Assembly: GCF_004010195.1 (NCBI RefSeq) | Contig: NC_057719.1 | Span: 39,077,506-39,141,505, forward strand | Direction of reading: 5' to 3' | From: Chiloscyllium plagiosum | Taxonomy: Eukaryota | Length of the DNA: 64,000 bases | Shown: in pieces, positions 60,801-64,000 of the stretch | How positions within the stretch are numbered: the stretch's first letter is position 1 | Layout of the letters: each line of letters starts with the position of its first letter | Notes under the pieces: generated by a model | The model's input: the letters and a program-made list of their open reading frames with translations, nothing else | Database searches by the model: none | Told to the model about the DNA's origin: nothing | Program-made: the position numbers and the translations under genes

Positions 60801-62274
60801 ATGTTTCAGAGAATAATCAAAAAAGGTTTTAAAAATGGTTTAATTAGCCAAACAGCACTGTTTTTCTGTGACAAGTTCTGGTATATTCTAAAAATGTAGA
60901 TGCACATCATATTGGTTAAGGACTGCAGAAATTACTAGCTTGTAACTTTTAATATCACCAGTCATTAATAAAGGATAGATAAACTTATAAGGTGCATCAG
61001 TATAGGTAATATATTTTCAATTATCAGACTAATGAAGTAAATCTCTGTTTTCAAGGGAAGTACTGCTTCGTGGCTTTTGCCTATAACCCAAGAGTTGCCC
61101 GATTTTATTGGTTCAAACGAAAGTGAACTTGAGACAAAACTGAACACGTTATATATGGACTATCCAGATATTGGGTAAGTTGTTGTGCTTAGTATTAGAT
61201 TTATCTAGATATACTTTTAACACTCTTGAGGGTTTCATGGAGTGGGGGGTAGTGTTGAATTCCATCCCACTGAATCTCACCTTCTGGGGATGCTAAGTAA
61301 GTTGAGACCCAACCTGTCAAACGACGACTGTTCCATGACCATTATCTCTTGGCAGGGTGTTAACTGATTCAGGCCAAGACTTGCCGACCAAATGGTCTGT
61401 TCAATTGACAGACAGTTATGTAGTCCCAGCAGCACTAGATTTGAGTAGTTGCTAGTGTGGAGATTGCATACAGTCCAGAGCTAATTGAAGCCAATGTACA
61501 ACTAAGTATGAACTATCATGCGATCCGGCTGGCAGTCCCCAGCAAGTGGATTTGCACATCTTTGGACTGTGGAAGAAAACCCACGCAGACACGGGGCGAA
61601 AGTGAAAACTGCACACAGTTGTCTGAGGGTAGAACCAAAGCCGGGTCCCTAGTGCTGTGAGGCAGAGGACTAACACTGAGCCACCATGCAGCCCTGGTTA
61701 CTATAATTTTCTTGAGTTCTTTCCACTCGCCAACTTTCAATTCCTGATTTGCTGTTTCCATCATGCTACCTTAGCCACTTCCTTTTTCTCTTTGCATTTG
61801 CTCTTGGTTGCTAAGTTGAAACTGAGCTCACTACTATTATCTCTCTGCTCGTTAAATGCTTCCCTTTTGACCTTCCCTTAATCTCTTTCATCTCTACACT
61901 ATTCTTACCCCTCTTTTCCTCACCACTCAACCCAATTCCTACTCCACTATACCTTAGTTTCCTTTACTCCTGCTGTTACCTACTTGAATTTGTTGTGAAC
62001 TGTTATCCTTTGTACTTGTGCATTTCAGCCAAATATTTATCAATAATCTTTTAGTCTATGAAAATGTTTTTCTAATGTCTGCATTTCTCTAATTTACAGT
62101 GAAAAACATCTTTTAGCTCTTCTTCATTTTCGTGGAATCTTGAGAGGGAAAAAGAAAAGCAATTTAATTAAGTATTTCAACCAACTGGTAAAAGAATCAG
62201 AAGACTCCATAACACTAACCCACCCACTTTTTGAAGACATTAAATTTGACGGACAACTAAACTGCATGTCTTAA
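12452..62274 (+). CDS. exoc3l4: Exocyst complex component 3-like 4 (Sec6/EXOC3/TNFAIP2 family), spliced CDS join(12452..12851,16104..16758,19914..20031,28631..28759,44200..44300,49923..50003,56815..56938,57014..57136,57241..57396,61056..61174,62100..62274), 726 aa
   Basis: Eleven exons with GT-AG boundaries and matching phases (1,2,0,0,2,2,0,0,0,2) sum to 2181 nt, from ATG 12452 (in-frame TGA upstream at 12422) to TAA 62272-62274. Sec6-family motifs: PLSVMEINQLI, RRPRKWNDLW, EDLKIVKDFIQKCYPENFKVFNVY, ELYLFLNWVLHIY, HPDLSPEVNMKELGPLL, KKLITKKWL, FVKEYIAQIMK, GSTASWL, YPDIGEKHLLALLHFRG, LFEDIK. The N-terminal EETGLFR motif and the length resemble recalled EXOC3L4 more than TNFAIP2; the paralogue call is from memory. 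Confidence 0.85.
13000..13943. mobile_element. Candidate MITE / non-autonomous DNA transposon inserted in a CR1 fragment
   Basis: Imperfect TIRs gggtgagattttct / agaaaatctgccc; the CR1 RT (DLDEGIK...FADDTK-like) is split on either side (12862-12999 and 13944-14130). Confidence 0.5.
16104..16758 (+). CDS. exoc3l4: exoc3l4 coding exon 2
   Basis: ttttgcag|TA ATG GAA; ORF 16106 in track; donor AAAG|gtatgt, phase 2. Confidence 0.95.
17012..17208 (-). mobile_element. tRNA-derived SINE of a different family
   Basis: Reverse complement starts ggttagctcagttaac (A box) and has gggttaaattccc (B box); body unlike the V-SINE. Confidence 0.6.
17985..19272 (-). mobile_element. CR1/HER1-like LINE RT fragment
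   Basis: ORFs 18167, 18469 and 18900: DKSPGPDQVYPR, YMDFSKAF, VPQGSVLGP, YINDLD. Confidence 0.92.
19914..20031 (+). CDS. exoc3l4: exoc3l4 coding exon 3 (SGDVMSHPDLSPEVNMKELGPLLDQEVMENVMDKYAKALK)
   Basis: ttttgtttgcag|T; donor AAG|gtatga. Confidence 0.93.
21432..21690 (+). mobile_element. V-SINE with an internal deletion
   Basis: ggcatggtggctcagtggttagcactgctgcctc...gtgtggagtttgcatattc. Confidence 0.85.
22345..22442 (-). mobile_element. 98-bp hammerhead-containing Penelope-related mini-insertion with a 9-bp TSD
   Basis: Flanked by TATGTCCCT at 22336-22344 and 22443-22451, inside CR1 sequence. Confidence 0.75.
22408..22443 (-). ncRNA. Minimal hammerhead ribozyme motif (core intact, first stem I pair lost)
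   Basis: Reverse complement: attc-CTGATGA-a-GGGC tttt GCCC-GAAA-CGTC-aatt. Confidence 0.6.
22850..23339 (-). mobile_element. Penelope-like element 3' end (GIY-YIG C-terminus plus hammerhead) with an inverted 5' piece
   Basis: Minus strand reads HEFDWDNTIIIGQAKQRTSKEFLEAWHS...INKHI; plus-strand piece reads YIGQTGRQLMIRIHEHQLA. Confidence 0.85.
22885..22926 (-). ncRNA. Minimal hammerhead ribozyme motif in a Penelope 3' region, intact core
   Basis: Reverse complement: aaca-CTGAAGA-t-GTCaCCT agac AGGgGAC-GAAA-CGTC-tgca. Confidence 0.65.
23341..23550 (+). mobile_element. Ty3/Gypsy pol RNase H fragment
   Basis: PIWYLSRKVNVDQQKYSTVEK, then a frameshift, then LALQYFCVYIAGNASETTVYTDQNPLTFV. Confidence 0.75.
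23590..26180 (-). mobile_element. Old non-LTR retrotransposon (LINE) fragments
   Basis: Minus-strand IDQKLSWTSHINNVARRANQMLGIL and YYHVCPLLIISK; long degenerate RT-like tract. Confidence 0.65.
24843..25150 (-). mobile_element. V-SINE
   Basis: (tagat)n tail, then V domain and tRNA head on the minus strand. Confidence 0.88.
26565..26866 (+). mobile_element. V-SINE
   Basis: gggcggcacagtggcacagtggttagc...gttcaattcc...gtaatctaatct. Confidence 0.9.
28631..28759 (+). CDS. exoc3l4: exoc3l4 coding exon 4 (VIISNWMKNSLEEEK...MAYDITQ)
   Basis: aatttacag|GTG; donor CAG|gtaagc; 129 nt, phase 0-0. Confidence 0.93.
29705..29996 (-). mobile_element. V-SINE
   Basis: ttagattacctacagtgtggaaac...ctagccaccgtgcca. 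Confidence 0.88.
30625..31082 (-). mobile_element. CR1/HER1-like LINE 3' fragment with an internal deletion
   Basis: atagagtcatagag tail; ORF 30667 DLDQMGQWVEKWQM...KCKVLHFG. Confidence 0.85.
33990..34290 (+). mobile_element. Highly decayed LTR-retrotransposon protease-like remnant
   Basis: Degenerate (D)TGA-like motif KTAGASVDI, followed by LVDT and KDLNIITI; recognised from memory only. Confidence 0.3.
35190..36555 (+). mobile_element. Old CR1-like LINE fragments
   Basis: Degenerate KWQMEFNPEKCEVMHL and 3'-end motifs. Confidence 0.7.
36570..37703 (+). mobile_element. CR1/HER1-like LINE RT and 3' end
   Basis: DVIHMDFSKAFNKVPH, LYRTLVRPLLEY; tail ctctatgactctatgact. Confidence 0.92.
37858..38222 (+). 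mobile_element. CR1-like LINE 3' end (same subfamily as 50759-55005)
   Basis: TRYHGHSLRIRG; tail ccactcctatttcttatggtcttacggtct. Confidence 0.85.
40085..40400 (+). mobile_element. 316-bp Penelope-related non-coding insertion with a hammerhead and an 11-bp TSD
   Basis: TGATTCCTGGG at 40074-40084 and 40401-40411; C-rich body, then hammerhead, then conserved terminus; interrupts CR1 sequence (FTRLIPG). Confidence 0.8.
40311..40346 (+). ncRNA. Minimal type-I hammerhead ribozyme motif, intact core
   Basis: attc-CTGATGA-a-GGGC tcct GCCC-GAAA-CGTC-gatt; predicted cleavage after GUC at 40342; stem I C-G, U-A, U-U, A-U. Confidence 0.7.
40490..42135 (+). mobile_element. CR1-like LINE with internal deletions: ORF1 esterase end, APE endonuclease, RT
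   Basis: YFNARGL, ITEMWL, RKDRKGGKRGGGVA, IGDFNFPNIDW, SCLTNLIEFFEDVT, PQGSVLGP. Confidence 0.9.
42137..42468 (+). mobile_element. Penelope-like element 3' end with a G12A-mutated hammerhead (42388-42428)
   Basis: HFD*DNTSILGQAKQRHA*EFLEAWHSNRNSINKHIELDPIY; cca-CTGAAGA-t...ggggac-AAAA-CGTC-tgg. Confidence 0.8.
42868..43195 (+). mobile_element. Diverged V-SINE
   Basis: gggtggcaaggtggtttggtggttagcactg...gtgtggagtttgcatattctcc. Confidence 0.8.
44200..44300 (+). CDS. exoc3l4: exoc3l4 coding exon 5 (MVYECLKNVDHISKKLKGKALHICFDELENLIH)
   Basis: ttattttgcag|ATG; donor CTG|gtaatt, phase 2. Confidence 0.9.
44480..46360 (-). mobile_element. Old CR1-like LINE, fragmented
   Basis: Degenerate reverse-complement RT and 3' end (gatgtggcacttcatcaaatgctttctggaaatc). 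Confidence 0.65.
45461..45773 (-). mobile_element. V-SINE
   Basis: (tagat)n tail, V domain, tRNA head. Confidence 0.9.
47220..49525 (-). mobile_element. Penelope-like retroelement: RT C-terminus plus GIY-YIG endonuclease, flanked by inverted pLTRs
   Basis: RYINNIFFFWTH...FHPTIKLTMDYS...STTLYRKPTD; CDSANVVYLIHCRQGCPEAWYIGETKQRL...MNGHR; 47260-47600 is the reverse complement of 49185-49525; (GT/GA)n and (CA/CT)n tracts. Confidence 0.92.
49444..49478 (+). ncRNA. Minimal hammerhead ribozyme motif in a Penelope pLTR, intact core
   Basis: tac-CTGATGA-a-GGAGC agc GCTCT-GAAA-GCTA-gtg; predicted cleavage after CUA at 49475. Confidence 0.65.
49923..50003 (+). CDS. exoc3l4: exoc3l4 coding exon 6 (CYHQDLVMSKPNVVPVLVVGLNTCIDLR)
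   Basis: Branch-like ACTAAT at 49899; tttttcaag|C; donor GAG|gtaatt; keeps the frame between exons 5 and 7. Confidence 0.8.
50070..50320 (+). mobile_element. 5'-truncated SINE-like element of a third family
   Basis: Ends gggcaattagggatgggcaataaatactggc...cccatgaatgaataaaaaa; related pieces at about 23715-23810, 26250-26510 (-) and 33740-33850. Confidence 0.65.
50759..55005 (+). mobile_element. Near-full-length CR1 LINE (about 4.25 kb): ORF1 zinc finger/coiled coil plus SGNH esterase, ORF2 APE-RT; inactivated
   Basis: CWSC...CSKC...LRIRIDDLESELQTL; VHVGTNDI, DGLHL; YLNARSIRSK, MGDFN, SDHNMV, DKSPGPD, NYRPISLTSVVGK, LYINDL; TSD TGGTAT (50753-50758 and 55006-55011). Confidence 0.93.
55012..56000 (-). 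mobile_element. Old CR1-like LINE, continuous with 50610-50758 across the younger insertion
   Basis: The flanks join into actacccttttggtataaaagtgtttccc; degenerate RT on the minus strand. Confidence 0.65.
56815..56938 (+). CDS. exoc3l4: exoc3l4 coding exon 7 (ENVEKLKQD...EILLQLK)
   Basis: cttccttctgttccaccag|A; donor AAG|gtatgt. Confidence 0.9.
57014..57136 (+). CDS. exoc3l4: exoc3l4 coding exon 8 (LCFKKLITKKWLTNSEDF...PANYQ)
   Basis: ttttattctccag|CTT; donor CAG|gtatac. Confidence 0.92.
57241..57396 (+). CDS. exoc3l4: exoc3l4 coding exon 9 (VLISGIHYQFVKEYIAQIMKQR...MYEEH)
   Basis: aattaaaag|GTT; donor CAT|gtaagt; overlaps ORF 57244. Confidence 0.92.
57830..58870 (+). mobile_element. Old CR1 ORF2 fragment (APE end to RT start)
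   Basis: VGDFNMHIDW, SDHSMLEF, KSPDPDG-like motifs. Confidence 0.75.
58893..59660 (+). mobile_element. Candidate solo LTR
   Basis: Starts TGTG, has AATAAA motifs near its 3' end, ends gctaggatcataata; terminus shared with the inverted copy at 59818. Confidence 0.45.
59818..60539 (-). mobile_element. Candidate solo LTR, inverted relative to 58893-59660
   Basis: Reverse complement starts tgtgacagagg and ends attaccattagctgggatcataa. Confidence 0.45.
61056..61174 (+). CDS. exoc3l4: exoc3l4 coding exon 10 (GSTASWLLPIT...MDYPDIG)
   Basis: ctctgttttcaag|GGA; donor TGG|gtaagt, phase 2. Confidence 0.92.
61550..61695 (-). mobile_element. Partial V-SINE
   Basis: tgcacatctttggactgtggaagaaaacccacgcagacac...actgagccacc. 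Confidence 0.8.
62100..62274 (+). CDS. exoc3l4: exoc3l4 coding exon 11, terminal (EKHLLALLHFRG...LFEDIKFDGQLNCMS*)
   Basis: ctctaatttacag|T; stop TAA 62272-62274. Confidence 0.92.
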
Positions 62275-62636
62275 TTAACCTGAGAGTTTAAACGTATTTT
62301 GAACTGACCAAGCATCTTTGGGCACAATGTATTTAATATACATGCCTCCAATATATAGTGGCTATGTTGATTTAAAAGTTTCAGTTATTTACTTATTTTA
62401 AAATCTGTGGGTCCACTGTCCACACTTCTCTTTGCTATTGGTCTTAAAACATTGATTACATTGACGTGATTTAATTTGCATTCAAACTGCCTCTATATGT
62501 TAATAAGAGAGTCAGTTTTGTTGAAAGGTAGGATTTGAACATTTTGGTATCTTGATTCTATAGTAATGAATTCTGTCAGATAGCAAAGAAAGTTGAAAGC
62601 CTCCGAACGAATTCCATACCCTTTGCCTGCTGGGGA

Positions 62637-62642
62637 AATAAA
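62637..62642 (+). terminator. Candidate polyadenylation signal AATAAA for exoc3l4
   Basis: First AATAAA I found after the stop codon (about 360 nt downstream); ATTTA motifs lie in between. Confidence 0.4.
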
Positions 62643-63289
62643 CAAAATTCTGGTCATGCACCATTCTCTTTTATAAGGAATCATCGACCGTTTCTGTTCC
62701 AATATTATTGAGTGCAACTACTAAGAGGAGTACGGGCTAGTCCAGAAATAGGGACATCTGTGGAAAAACAGAATCAGAGGAAGATCTTAAGCTTTAATTC
62801 ACTTCAGGTCACTTAACTTAAGCAAAACTTCACCTTTGTTATTGAGACCACAAACCTTGATAATTGGTGATGTGAACTGATGGAAGTATGTTTGACCTTC
62901 ATTTGAGATTACAGTCTTCTTTCATCCAACTTTAAATGGAAGCTGTTGCAGCAAAAATGAAATTTTGTCTGCAGTACATAATTGGGTTCCTTCGTTCACG
63001 TAATGGTAACTTTGATGTTAAAATAAGATGCAATTGAAAGAATAACATTTAGGTGCAGCACCAAGTAACATCATAAATTTTCTATAATTTGCTTAACACT
63101 GTTAAACAAAAGTCCTCTAGTGACTAAGTAAAACTTAATGCAGAAACAAAGGAAATATTCAGATGAATAATTTTGGTCAAAGAGATGGTTTAAGGGCCAG
63201 CAGTGAGGATGCGGAGAGTTATATCGGATGATTCTGATACGCTTGATCTATTTTACTAGTACTTTCGAGATATATTTCTTACTTTATGT

Positions 63290-63685
63290 CAGAGGCTGTG
63301 GGGTGACCTTAGAAGTTTACAAAATTTTGAAGGGCATGGATAGGATAAACAGACAAAGTCTTTTCCCTGGGGTGGGGAGTCCAGAACTAGAGAGCATAAG
63401 TTTAGGGTGAGAGGGGAAAGATAGAAGAGATCTAAGGGGCAACTTGTTCACACAGAGGGTGGTATGTGTATGGGATGAGCTGCCAGAGGAAGTGGTGGAG
63501 GCTGGTACAATTGCAACATTTAAAAGGCATTTCGATGGGTATATGAATAGGAAGGGTTTGAAAGTAAATGGGCCGGGTGCTGGTAGGTGAGACTAGATTG
63601 GGTTGGGATATCTGGTCAGCATGGATGGGTTGGACCGAAGGGTCTGTTTCCATGCTGTACGTCTCTGACTGTATTACTCTATGTC
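63290..63685 (+). mobile_element. CR1/HER1-like LINE 3' end
   Basis: EVYKILKGMDRINRQSLFPG; ggaccgaagggtctgtttccatgctgtac tail. Confidence 0.9.
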
Positions 63686-63929
63686 TAACAATCTCCGTTT
63701 TAAAATGTGAAATATCCAGCACGGTCAGGCTTCCAGACTTGCATCCTTTGTGTCAAGAAAAAAGCTTCCATCTTGTCTCAGTCTCACTTCACCTATTAGT
63801 CCATCTCAAATAGTAATTAGTCTGAAGCCAGCAGAATGATGAACCAAAAGCACTGACCGACAGCACAGTAGAAATCTGTTATTTAGGCATTAAAGAAAAT
63901 AGAAAGGTTTGTGAAGGTTTGTAGGTCAG

Positions 63930-64000
63930 GTTGAGGTTTAGGGTGTAGGTTTGCTCGCTGAGCTGTAGGTTTGATATCCAGATGTTTCATTACCTGGCTA
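63930..64000 (-). mobile_element. Penelope-type terminus with the 3' half of a hammerhead-like motif (runs off the window)
   Basis: Reverse complement gtaatgaaacatctggatatcaaacctacagctcagcgagcaaacctaca matches 42415-42465. Confidence 0.6.

Noticed and set aside
62260..62274. C-terminal NCMS as a CaaX prenylation signal
   Set aside because: The cysteine is third from the end, not fourth, so it is not a canonical CaaX.
12452..62274. Calling the gene TNFAIP2 or EXOC3
   Set aside because: The long N-terminus with EETGLFR, the 726-aa length and the Cys-containing tail fit recalled EXOC3L4 better; the EXOC3 N-terminal region is absent. Not fully excluded without a phylogeny.
1..64000. CRISPR arrays, operons or prokaryotic defence systems
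   Set aside because: The sequence is a spliced vertebrate locus; the duplications are two-copy with no repeat-spacer pattern.

Overview
Vertebrate genomic DNA, most likely from a shark or other elasmobranch (inferred from the HE1/V-SINE-like SINEs and HER1/CR1-like LINEs). The window holds one complete + strand protein-coding gene, rebuilt here from 11 GT-AG coding exons (12452..62274; 2181 nt; 726 aa; all phases consistent, no internal stop). It encodes a Sec6/EXOC3-family protein most similar to EXOC3L4. A CpG-rich candidate promoter and non-coding first exon lie at about 1.8-2.05 kb. The introns are full of decayed transposons: many CR1 LINE fragments including one near-full-length copy, about 9 V-SINEs, other SINEs, Penelope-like elements (PLEs), LTR/Gypsy remnants and a candidate MITE. 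The most interesting signal is a dispersed set of minimal type-I hammerhead-ribozyme motifs (CUGANGA-N-stem II-GAAA-palindrome-NUH) in at least three PLE-related families. At least four have intact cores. Two sit in very short non-coding insertions with their own target-site duplications, and two lie on the sense strand of the host pre-mRNA. Repeat boundaries are approximate and no database search was run.
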